Shown: one piece after another, positions 10,601-20,214 of the stretch
Layout: each line of letters starts with the position of its first letter
Position numbering within the stretch: position 1 is the stretch's first letter
NCBI GenBank assembly: GCA_902493335.1
Contig: CABUPJ010000002.1
Location: forward strand, 4,074 to 68,073
Reading direction: 5' to 3'
From: an uncultured Porphyromonadaceae bacterium
GTDB taxonomy: Bacteria > Bacteroidota > Bacteroidia > Bacteroidales > Muribaculaceae
Length of the DNA: 64,000 nt
Position numbers and translations under genes: made by a program
Notes under the pieces: generated by a model
What the model saw: only the letters and a program-made list of their open reading frames with translations
Databases searched by the model: none
Told to the model about the DNA's origin: nothing

Positions 10601-13198
10601 AGTAGTAATCTTGTTTTCCTCAGGAACAAAGAACGCCTTTGTAGTTTCGGGCATCACATTACGGGCGATACTGTATAATTTAATCGAAGCGTCAATGCTG
10701 TCAGCCATAGCAGTATCGACAGGACACACTGAAAGAATATAGTCTCCGGCATCCAAATCGCTAAAATCCGCTGAAATACCTTTTGTAGAGGAACATTCTC
10801 CGCTCGCAACGATATTAGAATCTTTGCTCTCGGGTTTTAAAGTCCAGATTAAAGGAATATCTACCGGATTACCTTCGACATTCTCTGCCCCCACAGATAT
10901 TTGCGTTACAGAATCTGTGTTAAAACACTTTTTTCTATTTAAATAACATGTCAACTTATAGGGTTTGCCTGTCGAGACACTCTTCTGCAGGAGGGCACTT
11001 TCGCCATTTGATGTAGATACCTTGATATAACAGCTGTAATTATTATATTTTGTTTCACCTGTCATGCTATGGTCGACGACGATTTCAAACATACCGTCAG
11101 CATCTGATTTTGTCTCGACATTATTCATAAATACCCGCCGGGCATTCCAACCATAACCGGCCAAAGCATGTATATCAGTAACAACATTTGCATCAGCCAC
11201 CGGCATTCCTGTAAAAGTCATGACTTTTCCTTTTAGGGTAACGTCTCCTTCAGCAGGACAATTCCTATTGACCGCCACTATTTCGACTTTAAAAGTTTTC
11301 AGTTTAAAGTCGCTTACCGTCAGGCCACACTCACCTAAACTTATATATTGTTTTTTTGTTACATCCAAGTTATTTTTGGACAAGAAATCAACGTTATATG
11401 CTTTCAAGCTATAATCTCCGGTAAGACCTTGATCGGGTAACTTAAAAAATCCGTGGCCTCGACCATAATCATCAGTCTCGACTGTCAGCGAATCGACAAA
11501 CTGGTCGTTGACATCATACATCACAACCTTGACAGAGCGATTATTTTGCACCTGCGGCCTAAACTTGTTGACAGGAGCTGCACCATAGAGTAAAACCGCC
11601 CATCCGACAGAGTCACCAAGATGATAAAGCTTACGGTCAGTAAAAATACCAACACCTGCTTCTATAGAATCCTTTACAAGAAATTCCATTTCTTTGTCTA
11701 AACATAACGTGAATCTATCTCCAAAATCAACGCCTTTATATCTGAATGTCGCATAACCGTCGTCCAAAGAACGTGAGCGTTTTCGGCCAACTTTTATCAT
11801 ACCGTCCGAATCGCTGATTCCAATTTTTGTCACTGCGCTCTTACCTCTTTTTTTATAATATGCCTCTACATCCTTGACTGGACGGCCATCGGCAAAAGAC
11901 ATAAAAAATATGTCGTAAGTCTGGCCGCATATTGCCGCAGGTATAAACGGAGTCACAACTACACGACAGCCATTATTAATGTTCTTATGCGTAGCCACAG
12001 GGCTATCGGAAGCTACGACATAGTAAACTCCAGGCTCCTTCAATCTAAGCGTCATAACCGTATCACAATCACCTTCATCAGCCGATACGTCTATAAAGTC
12101 TTTTTTGATATAATATTTCGACATATCAGTTTTGGTTATATTATCCACACCATATGGATACTTATATACTACATAGCCTGCTTTGTCAGTAAAATTATAG
12201 TTTACAGATAGTTTTGCCGGAGTATCGACATTTACGAACACCGGAGCCGTGATGCTGACCTTTCTTGTAGTAAGGCGAGTCAAATTATTCTTCAGACTGT
12301 TGATGAATAAGAACTCGGGATATGCTGCGATATAATCTTTCAAAGACTGCAGTTCCTTAGCATCTTTTTTTCGGTACTGACCTATGTTATCAAGCAAAGC
12401 CATCAGGACAATTCCCGAAGCCTCACAGTCATTATTACTGTAATATAATGATTTAAGCTTTGGATTTATATCCAAATCAGATCCATTTATATAAAAGCCT
12501 CTTCTGCTTTGAAAACTCAGCATGCCTTGCAGTATCTTCACCTGCCAGTTGAACCATGGGGCTGAGCGGCGGGGGGTGCGGGCGAGGGCGCGGCGCATCG
12601 GCGCGGCGGCATCACCGTTTTGCGTCAGGCCCGATACCTTGAGGGCGATAAAGTCGTAGACGGTCGGATAGAGATAGCGCGCTGCCGCATCGGCAGTGAT
12701 GACAGCCGAGAAGTCGGCAAGCGGCTGACGGCCGGCGACGCTGTCGAGGGCGACCGCCTCATTGACAAGACTGTCGATGACAGCACGGAACTGACGTCCG
12801 TTCCACTCCGAGATGTCGGCCGGCAGTGGCTGGTCGGGCGTCTTCACCTGATCGTAGCGGTAGGCGCTGGCGTTATAGATGCTCGAATAAATGTCGGCAT
12901 CGATGAGGTGCACAAGCGCCCTGACGGCAGGGTCTGTTATCTGACGGGCGACGCTGTCGACGAGTGCCGGAGCGTTGAAATAGCTCTGTTGGTCGACAAG
13001 GCCGCGGGCATAGACAATATCGAGCAGACACTCGGCCCGGCTGATGTCGGCCTTCTGCCCCGCACTGCCGTCGAGCGACGACAGCCGTTTCTCGCAATCG
13101 GCTATAACCGTCTGAGGATAGGCAAAATCGGGCGTTGCAGCCGACAATGCCATTACAGTCGCGACAAGCGAAAGAATAATTAAAATCGTTTTTCTCAT
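7649..13198 (-). CDS. Bacterial alpha-2-macroglobulin family protein (1849 aa)
   Basis: Signal peptide, MG2-like FTDRKLYHLGD, FWKPDL...VPDANATW, PQLPRFLRAGD, DGGWRW and C-terminal DERPASFEP. No CxEQ thioester motif seen. Confidence 0.88.
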   Translation of the reverse strand: MRKTILIILSLVATVMALSAATPDFAYPQTVIADCEKRLSSLDGSAGQKADISRAECLLDIVYARGLVDQQSYFNAPALVDSVARQITDPAVRALVHLIDADIYSSIYNASAYRYDQVKTPDQPLPADISEWNGRQFRAVIDSLVNEAVALDSVAGRQPLADFSAVITADAAARYLYPTVYDFIALKVSGLTQNGDAAAPMRRALARTPRRSAPWFNWQVKILQGMLSFQSRRGFYINGSDLDINPKLKSLYYSNNDCEASGIVLMALLDNIGQYRKKDAKELQSLKDYIAAYPEFLFINSLKNNLTRLTTRKVSITAPVFVNVDTPAKLSVNYNFTDKAGYVVYKYPYGVDNITKTDMSKYYIKKDFIDVSADEGDCDTVMTLRLKEPGVYYVVASDSPVATHKNINNGCRVVVTPFIPAAICGQTYDIFFMSFADGRPVKDVEAYYKKRGKSAVTKIGISDSDGMIKVGRKRSRSLDDGYATFRYKGVDFGDRFTLCLDKEMEFLVKDSIEAGVGIFTDRKLYHLGDSVGWAVLLYGAAPVNKFRPQVQNNRSVKVVMYDVNDQFVDSLTVETDDYGRGHGFFKLPDQGLTGDYSLKAYNVDFLSKNNLDVTKKQYISLGECGLTVSDFKLKTFKVEIVAVNRNCPAEGDVTLKGKVMTFTGMPVADANVVTDIHALAGYGWNARRVFMNNVETKSDADGMFEIVVDHSMTGETKYNNYSCYIKVSTSNGESALLQKSVSTGKPYKLTCYLNRKKCFNTDSVTQISVGAENVEGNPVDIPLIWTLKPESKDSNIVASGECSSTKGISADFSDLDAGDYILSVCPVDTAMADSIDASIKLYSIARNVMPETTKAFFVPEENKITTAKDGTFTVLIGTAGHGKTYMYSVFNGGNDIGHIEQKELEYGFHRLSYKLEDNCDEGRLYIFTVRDGVNYTEEFNVIRGRAEAPEISIVSFRDKLSPGAKESWTLNFKYDGVSSQGAMVATMYNSAIDQIKNYFWPFFYFPERVFSMNYQSVNRYSMGKMSSEYYKYNKYLEEVRLIAPVFNPQLTYYGLQRMRMYKSANRVTAAGGVVEEEVEMADNAVYAASDMSAKITPVGGGYAMPEDGGPVVNKTDRPDNFEYREGEVLQAFWKPDLTFDAEGNSVISFTVPDANATWSFRAFAWTKDVSTATLFKEIISNKPVMVTPQLPRFLRAGDKARLIANVFNNSDSTITVTSVVEVFDTNSGTVTRSVTSTDTIAPMASTSVSIEVAADGNASAIGYRVRSTSGRFSDGEQDYIAVMPSTSDVIESDNFYLNPGESDYSVRLPKGKMESVTLEYNASPAWEVIKQLPALAVCESYTSTGAARRLFGAAVSSGLLKKYPALARAIETWSADSASQALVSRLSQNEDLKTAALTETPWVQAAQSDSERMARLVALLDSKAVARNMAASINKLKTLKAADGGWRWGEWESKGNAWSTRSTLYSLGQLNAIGMMPADKELRAMIESAFAFLDVKSAKIYPDLGLSAILAMFPDHELSLKERQIVNATTAYINKEYRKFGTAEKARAAIVLDAFGYKAMARQLMESVAQFGVSSKDKGTSFPSVTNVDSYADLLFAFARIEPQSSAIDGMRQWLVVRGQATSRLGSFDPTRLIAAFEMTGSDWNVSGAAPTVTLGGEAVSVGSVEPVTGHLIAQLPTDASGKKLAVVRDNAAGPAYGAVISRYVSASADVKAVKCDGLSIEKRLTVQRGDRWEYADSLRLGDRVRVLLTIKADRDLEYVTVIDERPASFEPVSQLPGYVYSAGLGFYRENNDTDTRLFVGYMPKGTYQITTEMTVGFAGEFTSGIATAQSSLDPSITAHSSGRSLICR

Positions 13199-13260
13199 AT
13201 ATAATTATAGTTGAGTTTATATTTTAGACGCGAGGACGCCGGGAAAGTTTAGAGCCGGAG

Positions 13261-13303
13261 AAAAACAAATCTCCGGAGTCGCTCGTGGCGCCCTCCGGAG
13301 ATT
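13261..13303 (-). terminator. Intrinsic terminator of the serC-serA-fum unit
   Basis: AATCTCCGGAG / CTCCGGAGATT inverted repeat with a U-tract on the minus strand. Confidence 0.75.
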
Positions 13304-13327
13304 ATGGCGTTCTATGTCTTAGGCGCT

Positions 13328-14977
13328 TTATTTATTGAGGCCGCAAGTTTTGCATTTTTCTGAAATCTCGGTGAAGAAGTCGTTGCCCTTGTCGTCAACG
13401 AGGATGAAAGCGGGGAAGTCTTCGACTTCGATTTTCCAGATTGCTTCCATGCCGAGTTCGGGATACTCAAGAAGCTCGACACTCTTGATTGAGTTCTGAG
13501 CCAGCACGGCAGCCGGACCGCCGATAGAGCCGAGGTAGAAGCCGCCGTGTTTGTGGCAGGCGTCGGTGACCTGTTTCGAGCGGTTGCCCTTGGCGATCAT
13601 CACCATAGAGCCGCCGGCTGCCTGGAACTGGTCGACATAGCTGTCCATACGGCCTGCGGTCGTCGGGCCGAACGAGCCTGAGGGCATGCCTGCGGGCGTC
13701 TTGGCGGGCCCGGCGTAATAGATGGGATGGTCTTTGAGATACTGAGGCATCTCTTCGCCGCGGTCAAGACGCTCTTTGATCTTGGCGTGGGCGATGTCGC
13801 GGCCGACAATGATGGTGCCGTTGAGCGAGAGACGTGTCGAGACGGGATATTTCGTAAGCTCGGCAAGAATTTCGGGCATCGGACGGTTGAGGTCTATCTT
13901 GACGACCTCACCTTCGCCCTGACGGCGGTATTCTTCGGGAATGAGTTCGCCGGGATTGCTGTCGAGTTTCTCGATCCAGAGGCCTTCGCGGTTGATCTTG
14001 GCCTTGACATTACGGTCGGCAGAGCAGCTGACGCCGAGGCCGACGGGACAGGAAGCGCCGTGACGGGGGAGACGGATGACGCGGATGTCATGAGCGAAGT
14101 ATTTGCCGCCGAACTGTGCGCCGAGGCCGAGCTTTTCGGCCTCGATCTTGAGCTGACGCTCGAGTTCCTTGTCGCGGAAGGCGTGGCCGAGTTCGTTGCC
14201 GTGGTCGGGGAGCGAATCGTAATATTTGACCGATGCTTTCTTGACTGTCGCGAGATTCATCTCGGCCGATGTGCCGCCGATGACAAAGGCGATGTGATAG
14301 GGAGGGCAAGCCGCCGTGCCGAGCGATTTCATCTTCTCGACAAGGAATGGAAGCAGGGTCTTGGGGTTGATGAGGGCCTTGGTCTCCTGATAGAGATATG
14401 TCTTATTGGCCGAGCCGCCGCCTTTGGCGACAAAGAGGAAGTGATATTCGTCACCCTCTGTGGCGTGGATGTCAATCTGGGCGGGAAGGTTGCAGCCTGT
14501 GTTGACCTCGTCGTACATATTGAGCGGAGCGTTCTGGCTGTAGCGCAGGTTGTCGGTGGTATATGTCTTGTAGACGCCCTCGGAGATGCGCTCTTCGTCG
14601 TCGCAGCCGGTGTATACGAGCTGGCCTTTTTCGCCATGGACGATGGCTGTGCCGGTGTCCTGGCAGAACGGCAGCTGACCTTTGGCGGCGACCTCGGCAT
14701 TGCGGAGCATCGTCAGAGCGACGAATTTGTCGTTTTGTGAAGCCTCGGGGTCGCTCAGAATCTTGGCAACCATGGCGTTGTGCTCGCGACGGAGCATGAA
14801 AGCGTTGTCGTGTGTGGCCTGACGGGCAAGGACGGTCAGCGCCTCGGGGTCGACGACGAGAAATTCGTGACCGCCCCAGTTCTCTACTTTGACGTAGTCA
14901 GATGTGAGATGGTAGTATTCTGTGGTATCGGGGCCGAGGGGAAACATCGGCTGATATTTGAACGGTTTAGTAGCCAT
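13328..14977 (-). CDS. fumB: Class I (Fe-S) fumarate hydratase
   Basis: [38 protein letters not shown]. Confidence 0.93.
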   Translation of the reverse strand: MATKPFKYQPMFPLGPDTTEYYHLTSDYVKVENWGGHEFLVVDPEALTVLARQATHDNAFMLRREHNAMVAKILSDPEASQNDKFVALTMLRNAEVAAKGQLPFCQDTGTAIVHGEKGQLVYTGCDDEERISEGVYKTYTTDNLRYSQNAPLNMYDEVNTGCNLPAQIDIHATEGDEYHFLFVAKGGGSANKTYLYQETKALINPKTLLPFLVEKMKSLGTAACPPYHIAFVIGGTSAEMNLATVKKASVKYYDSLPDHGNELGHAFRDKELERQLKIEAEKLGLGAQFGGKYFAHDIRVIRLPRHGASCPVGLGVSCSADRNVKAKINREGLWIEKLDSNPGELIPEEYRRQGEGEVVKIDLNRPMPEILAELTKYPVSTRLSLNGTIIVGRDIAHAKIKERLDRGEEMPQYLKDHPIYYAGPAKTPAGMPSGSFGPTTAGRMDSYVDQFQAAGGSMVMIAKGNRSKQVTDACHKHGGFYLGSIGGPAAVLAQNSIKSVELLEYPELGMEAIWKIEVEDFPAFILVDDKGNDFFTEISEKCKTCGLNK

Positions 14978-15015
14978 AGAAACGGTATTTATATTATGTT
15001 AGTTTTTTCTGGTGA

Positions 15016-15936
15016 TCAGTTTACACGGAAGCGGTCGATGCCGTCGCGGAGGTATGCCACAGTCTGGCGTGCGGCGGCGATGCCGGCGTTGATGTTTGCC
15101 TCGGCGGTCTGGGCGCCCATCTTCTTGGGGGTGAAGAAGACCCGGCCGGCAAAGCGTTCGTTCAGTTCGTCGGCGTTACCGGGCTTGACATCGGCGACAT
15201 ATTTGAGGTCGGCACGGTCGGCAAGAGCGCGGGCGAGGCCTTCTTCGTCGATGACTTCCTTGCGGGCCGTGTTGACGACAAGAGCGTTTTTGGGCATCGA
15301 AACGAGCAGGTCATAGCCGATTGACTTGATAGTCTCGGGGGTGGCGGGGATATTGACCGACACAACATTGTTGTCGCGGTAAAGCTCGGCGACGGTGGCA
15401 CACGGAGTGACTCCGGCTTCTTCCATGACAGCGGCGGGACAGTAAGGATCGACAGCTGAGACTTCCATGCCGAAGCCTTTGGCTATGCGGGCAATGTTGC
15501 GGCCGACCTGACCGAAGGCCTGGATGCCGAGGCGCTTGCCTTTGAGCTCGCTGCCCGAGGTGCCGTTATACATATTGCGGACAGCCATCACCATCATGCC
15601 GAAGGCGAGTTCGGCGACGGCGTTTGAATTCTGTCCGGGGGTGTTCTCGACGACAATGCCGCGCTCGCGTGCGGCCTCGAGGTCTATATTGTCATATCCG
15701 GCGCCGGCGCGGACGATGATTTTCAACTCGGGCGCTGCGGCGATGACTTCGCGGTCGATGATGTCGCTGCGGACGATAAGTCCCTCGGCATCGGCCACGG
15801 CGGCGAGGAGGTCGGCACGCGAGCCATATTTCTCAAGGAGCACAAGCTCATAGCCGGCGCCTTCGATTTCGCTGCGGATGCCTTTGACGGCAATGGCGGC
15901 GAAGGGTTTTTCGGTGGCGACAAGTATCTTTTTCAT
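15016..15936 (-). CDS. serA: D-3-phosphoglycerate dehydrogenase, short type without ACT domain
   Basis: RAGAGYDNID, NAVAE, NTAR motifs. Directly downstream of serC. Confidence 0.85.
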   Translation of the reverse strand: MKKILVATEKPFAAIAVKGIRSEIEGAGYELVLLEKYGSRADLLAAVADAEGLIVRSDIIDREVIAAAPELKIIVRAGAGYDNIDLEAARERGIVVENTPGQNSNAVAELAFGMMVMAVRNMYNGTSGSELKGKRLGIQAFGQVGRNIARIAKGFGMEVSAVDPYCPAAVMEEAGVTPCATVAELYRDNNVVSVNIPATPETIKSIGYDLLVSMPKNALVVNTARKEVIDEEGLARALADRADLKYVADVKPGNADELNERFAGRVFFTPKKMGAQTAEANINAGIAAARQTVAYLRDGIDRFRVN

Positions 15937-15967
15937 ATCCTGATGATTTCTGTGTCAGTGATTTTAT

Positions 15968-17038
15968 TTATCTTGTAGCCTCAAAATCTTTCATTGCCTC
16001 GACGAGGACGTTGACGCTCTCGAGAGGCATGGCGTTGTAGAGCGATGCACGGAAGCCGCCGACCGAACGGTGGCCTTTGATGCCGACGATGCCGCGGCCC
16101 GACGCGAAGTCGATGAAGTCTTTCTCAAGTTCCTTATATTCGGGAGCCATGACGAAGCAGACGTTCATGATCGAACGGTCGGCGGGATCGGTCACCGTGC
16201 CCTCGAACATACGGCTCTCGTCGATGGCGCCGTAGAGCACCTTGGCTTTCTCGAGGTCGCGGCGCTCGAGTTCCTTGATGCCGCCGAGCATCTTGTAGTA
16301 GCGGAGGGTCTGAAGGGCCGAGTAGATGGGCAGCACGGGCGGCGTGTTGAACATCGAGCCTTTTTTGATATGCGTGCGGTAGTCGAGCATCGTGGGAATC
16401 TGACGCTCTACTTTGCCGAGAGCCTCATCACGCACGATGACGAGAGTGACACCGGCGGGAGCGAGGTTTTTCTGCGCGCCGGCATAGATGGCGTCATATC
16501 TGGCGATGTCAATCGGACGCGAGAAGATATCAGAGCTCATGTCGGCGACAAGACGGCAGCCTACTTCGGGGTCTACGCGCATCTCTGTGCCATAGATGGT
16601 ATTGTTTGATGTGAAATGGAAATAATCTGATGCGGGGTCGACACTGAAGCCTTTGGGAATGAAGGTATAATTGGCTTCTTTCGACGAAGCCACGACATCG
16701 ACTTCACCGAAGAGGCGGGCCTCCTTGATGGCGTTTGAAGCCCATGTGCCTGTGTCGAGATATGAAGCTTTTGTTTTCAAGAGGTTGAAAGGCAACATGC
16801 AGAACTGCATGGACGCGCCTCCGCCAAGCCATAGCACACTGTAACCTTCGGGCACTTCAAGCAGCTCTTTGACAAGGGCCGTGGCCTCGTCGATGACAGC
16901 CTGAAACTCCTTGCTGCGGTGCGACACTTCGAGTATCGACAGACCGGTGTCTGCAAAATCGATGATGGCTCCGGCCGTATTCTTGATCGTATAGTCGCTC
17001 AAGATCGAGGGACCGGCATAAAAATTATGTTTCTTCAT
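15968..17038 (-). CDS. serC: Phosphoserine aminotransferase
   Basis: [37 protein letters not shown]. Confidence 0.96.
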   Translation of the reverse strand: MKKHNFYAGPSILSDYTIKNTAGAIIDFADTGLSILEVSHRSKEFQAVIDEATALVKELLEVPEGYSVLWLGGGASMQFCMLPFNLLKTKASYLDTGTWASNAIKEARLFGEVDVVASSKEANYTFIPKGFSVDPASDYFHFTSNNTIYGTEMRVDPEVGCRLVADMSSDIFSRPIDIARYDAIYAGAQKNLAPAGVTLVIVRDEALGKVERQIPTMLDYRTHIKKGSMFNTPPVLPIYSALQTLRYYKMLGGIKELERRDLEKAKVLYGAIDESRMFEGTVTDPADRSIMNVCFVMAPEYKELEKDFIDFASGRGIVGIKGHRSVGGFRASLYNAMPLESVNVLVEAMKDFEATR

Positions 17039-17187
17039 ATAGTGAAAATTTTGGATGTGTTCTTTATCTCACAAATGTAGTCAATCGCTTGTTAACTGCC
17101 AAAAATAATCATCGGAATAATCGAAAGAAGAAAATTAAAGCTCCGAAATTTCACCGTCACACCTCTTTTTATTATTTTTGCGCTATT

Positions 17188-17508
17188 ATGACAGAACAGC
17201 AACGCACACAGATAGAAGAAAAGACCGTCGAAATGCTCCGCACGGTCTTCGACCCGGAGATACCTGTAGACATCTACAGCCTGGGGCTCATCTACCGCAT
17301 CGAGGTCGACGACGACGGCAATCTCGACATCGACATGACTCTAACCGCCCCCAACTGTCCGGCGGCCGATTTCCTTGTCGAAGACGCACGATATAAGCTC
17401 GAGAGCATCGAAGGCGTCAAATCGGTCAACATCAACATCGTCTTCGAGCCAGAATGGACCAAAGACATGATGAGCGACGAAGCCAAACTTGAACTCGGAT
17501 TTCTATAA
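17188..17508 (+). CDS. sufT: DUF59/SufT-like Fe-S cluster assembly protein
   Basis: DPEIPVDIYSLGLIY, MTLTAPNCP, FEPEW motifs. Confidence 0.85.
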   Translation: MTEQQRTQIEEKTVEMLRTVFDPEIPVDIYSLGLIYRIEVDDDGNLDIDMTLTAPNCPAADFLVEDARYKLESIEGVKSVNINIVFEPEWTKDMMSDEAKLELGFL

Positions 17509-17511
17509 GGC

Positions 17512-18288
17512 ATGGATGACCGCCGTCTGACCTACTTCATCAGCGACCTGCATCTCGGAGCCGCCCACATTGACAGCGACCGCAGCCGCGAGCGCCTCAT
17601 CTGCCGTTTTCTCGACAGCATCGCGCCGACAGCACGGCGTCTCTACCTTTTGGGCGACATCCTCGACTATTGGTTTGAATACAAGACTGTGGCTCCGCGC
17701 GGCTACCTGCGCTTTTTCGGCACCCTTGCCCGCATGGCTGACGCCGGTGTCGAAATAATATGGTTCAAGGGCAACCACGACATATGGCTCTTCGACTATC
17801 TCCGCGACGAGATAGGCATCACTGTCATAGACGGCAGCGAGCGTGTCACCATCGACGGCAGCCGATTCCTCCTCTCCCACGGTGACGGACTCGGACGCCT
17901 AAAGCCATCATTCCGCCTCATACGCTCGATCTTCCGCAACCGCTTCTGTCAGAAACTCTACTCAGGCATCCATCCGCGCTGGACCATCCCCTTCGCCCAC
18001 GCATGGAGCGCCGACAGCCGCAAATCGGGCGCTGCCGACATCTCTTATGACCGCGACATCGCACCGGCCGTAGAACCGTGGGCACGGGCTTATGCCGCCG
18101 AGCATCCCGACACAGACTACATAGTCATAGGCCATCATCACGTCATGGTCGACAAGATTATCGAAGGCAATACCCGACTGATAATCTTAGGCGACTGGAT
18201 CAGCAATTTCAGCTACGGCGTCTTCGACGGCAAAAACTTCGTACTCAAACAATATGCAAGCGCCCCATGCGATTTTAACATAAAATAA
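17512..18288 (+). CDS. lpxH: UDP-2,3-diacylglucosamine diphosphatase (calcineurin-like phosphoesterase)
   Basis: SDLHL, LGD, GNHD, HGD, GHHH and LGDW motifs. Confidence 0.85.
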   Translation: MDDRRLTYFISDLHLGAAHIDSDRSRERLICRFLDSIAPTARRLYLLGDILDYWFEYKTVAPRGYLRFFGTLARMADAGVEIIWFKGNHDIWLFDYLRDEIGITVIDGSERVTIDGSRFLLSHGDGLGRLKPSFRLIRSIFRNRFCQKLYSGIHPRWTIPFAHAWSADSRKSGAADISYDRDIAPAVEPWARAYAAEHPDTDYIVIGHHHVMVDKIIEGNTRLIILGDWISNFSYGVFDGKNFVLKQYASAPCDFNIK

Positions 18289-18456
18289 CAGTGTGTCATA
18301 TCCTTTTATAAAGCGCCGCATACAATCGACAATTTCCTATATTTCAACATAATACAATTTACCAAAACAGCAGCAAAGTAAAAGTGGTTAAAGAATGATG
18401 TCGTAAAACATATAAAATAATTTGGCAGCCTGCCAAAAAACGGCCACCTTTGCCTC

Positions 18457-18546
18457 ACAAACCTAAAACAATCTTTTTTACCTTAGAAATTGTACCTATT
18501 GGAAACCCATAAAGAGGAACTCAGTGATGAGTCCCTCTTTATTTTA
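18457..18546 (+). ncRNA. Candidate intergenic small RNA (~90 nt)
   Basis: TTTG(18421)-N20-CACCTTTG(18445) promoter, an AU-rich body, and terminator ATAAAGAGGAACTCA-gtga-TGAGTCCCTCTTTATTTT. No ORF. Confidence 0.5.
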
Positions 18547-18611
18547 TGCCATCGCGTAATATCTCCCGGCATTTAATTATCATTACTGAATGGGCCTCAA
18601 AAATCAATCAC

Positions 18612-18839
18612 ATGAAACAAAGCTACATTTATCTGCTTTCAGCTATGATGACAATCTCGGCAGCACCCGCGGAATCCCCGTGTAAAATGGCACCGACAGC
18701 AGTCAAAGCACCTGCCGTCGCCAAAGCACAGGCAACACCGGCGGTCTACTATAACCTTCAAGGCATCCGCGTCGACAATCCTAAAAACGGCATCTATATC
18801 AGACGCCAAGGCTACCAGACCTCAAAAGTACAACTCTAA
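18612..18839 (+). CDS. Small (75 aa) protein: signal-like N-terminus, Ala/Pro linker and T9SS CTD-like tail
   Basis: The C-terminus YYNLQGIRVDNPKNGIYIRRQG..SKV resembles short Bacteroidales T9SS sorting tails. Confidence 0.55.
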   Translation: MKQSYIYLLSAMMTISAAPAESPCKMAPTAVKAPAVAKAQATPAVYYNLQGIRVDNPKNGIYIRRQGYQTSKVQL

Positions 18840-18899
18840 TCCTTAATCCTCAAAACACGCAAACGCAGCTGCGCTTTTTATTATATCCCTTCTCAACTC

Positions 18900-19721
18900 T
18901 CAGAACACCTCGGGCATTCTCATTAACGGCGGAGGAATTGTAGGATTTGAGTAAGTATCGTTCTTATCATATGCCGCCGATTTTATAATCTGATAGAGCA
19001 TACCGCCGACGTCCAGGCCTATCGAATGCTGTGGCGAGATTTTGAAATATGGCATCACCATCGGCTGCGTCTCCCATCGTCCGGTAACCATCGAACGATA
19101 GCTCTGCACGCCTGCTTTGACACCCCAGCGATTGCTGAAGCTATAATCGGCATAAGCGCCGACCGACGGTACATTCATATATCCGGCCATTGCAGGCGTC
19201 AGCGCCCGCATCGGACTGTAATAGCTACCGAAAAGGGTCAGGCTCAAACGGTCGGAAGCACGATATGTGACAGAGCCGCCGAAACCGTAAGAACTCGTCA
19301 GACCTCTGAAATAGCCATATTTCAGCGCCTCGCCATAAACCGACAGCGTAAATTGTCCTAATTCCTGTTCCAACGTCAGACGCCCGCTCTCCACAGCCAT
19401 TAGCCCCGGCATCGACACTGAAGCGGCAGCGCCATAAAGACCGCCTGCATGCCACCGAAAAATATATGGCTCTGACGTGAATCCGACTTTATAACCTGAG
19501 ACCGGATGTAACCCGGCAGCATAAGACGGAGGCAACGCAAAATAACATATCGGATCAAGTAATTCTTCGGCAGGGCGCCATGGGCGCAATATAGCCCCGG
19601 CATCTGTCATGTCTATCAATTTGCCCCGCGCTCCAGCAGCCAAGGTATCGGTTTCGGCGGTCTGTGACATAACGCAGACCGGCAACATCAAAAATATGGC
19701 GGCCGACAGAATCCTTTTCAT
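18900..19721 (-). CDS. Hypothetical exported, probably outer-membrane beta-rich protein
   Basis: Signal peptide MKRILSAAIFLMLPVCVMS/Q and alternating aromatic beta-strand patterns. Confidence 0.6.
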   Translation of the reverse strand: MKRILSAAIFLMLPVCVMSQTAETDTLAAGARGKLIDMTDAGAILRPWRPAEELLDPICYFALPPSYAAGLHPVSGYKVGFTSEPYIFRWHAGGLYGAAASVSMPGLMAVESGRLTLEQELGQFTLSVYGEALKYGYFRGLTSSYGFGGSVTYRASDRLSLTLFGSYYSPMRALTPAMAGYMNVPSVGAYADYSFSNRWGVKAGVQSYRSMVTGRWETQPMVMPYFKISPQHSIGLDVGGMLYQIIKSAAYDKNDTYSNPTIPPPLMRMPEVF

Positions 19722-19916
19722 TTTAGTATCGATTACGAATGCACGCAAATATACAAACAGAAAGCACGTCTATTGTAATTCACGCAGTTAATAAGAGTTA
19801 ATGCCACTCATAAAGCAGTGTTGCCAATTATCATGGTGTTGTGCACCGTAAAATTTTCGGCGTGACGCAACTATATAAAATGCAAAAAACGTGAATAATT
19901 TTCACAGCCTTTTGTA

Positions 19917-19935
19917 TGCGGAAAGACAGGGATTC
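19917..19935. repeat. Second (outer) copy of the tRNA-Ser 3' end
   Basis: TGCGGAAAGACAGGGATTC is identical to 42941-42959. Confidence 0.9.
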
Positions 19936-20042
19936 TTTGTCCGCTTCGCTACCAAAGCGTTTCGCGATTACGAACGCCGAGGTCCTCACCCTGCCTTCAT
20001 TACGACAATAGGCCGTAAGTCTACAACTTACGGCCTATTATA

Positions 20043-20059
20043 GCGGAAAGACAGGGATT
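20043..20059. repeat. att core direct repeat at the element end distal to the tRNA
   Basis: GCGGAAAGACAGGGATT is identical to 42942-42958, the tRNA-Ser 3' end. Confidence 0.92.
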
Positions 20060-20166
20060 ATCACCTATACCATCAGGTCGTATCATTAATTTTACAAAAT
20101 TCGCTGTTACATAGACTTATACAAAATCAGCATCAAATGAAATATCATTGAAAATATTTGCATATC

Positions 20167-20197
20167 TCAAAAATCGTGCGTAATTTCGTGCGTAAAT
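20167..20197. repeat. Putative integrase arm-type binding sites (left)
   Basis: The 31-bp TCAAAAATCGTGCGTAATTTCGTGCGTAAAT is identical to 42881-42911 and contains tandem CGTGCGTAA. Confidence 0.75.
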
Positions 20198-20214
20198 AGA
20201 AACACTGATTACGC

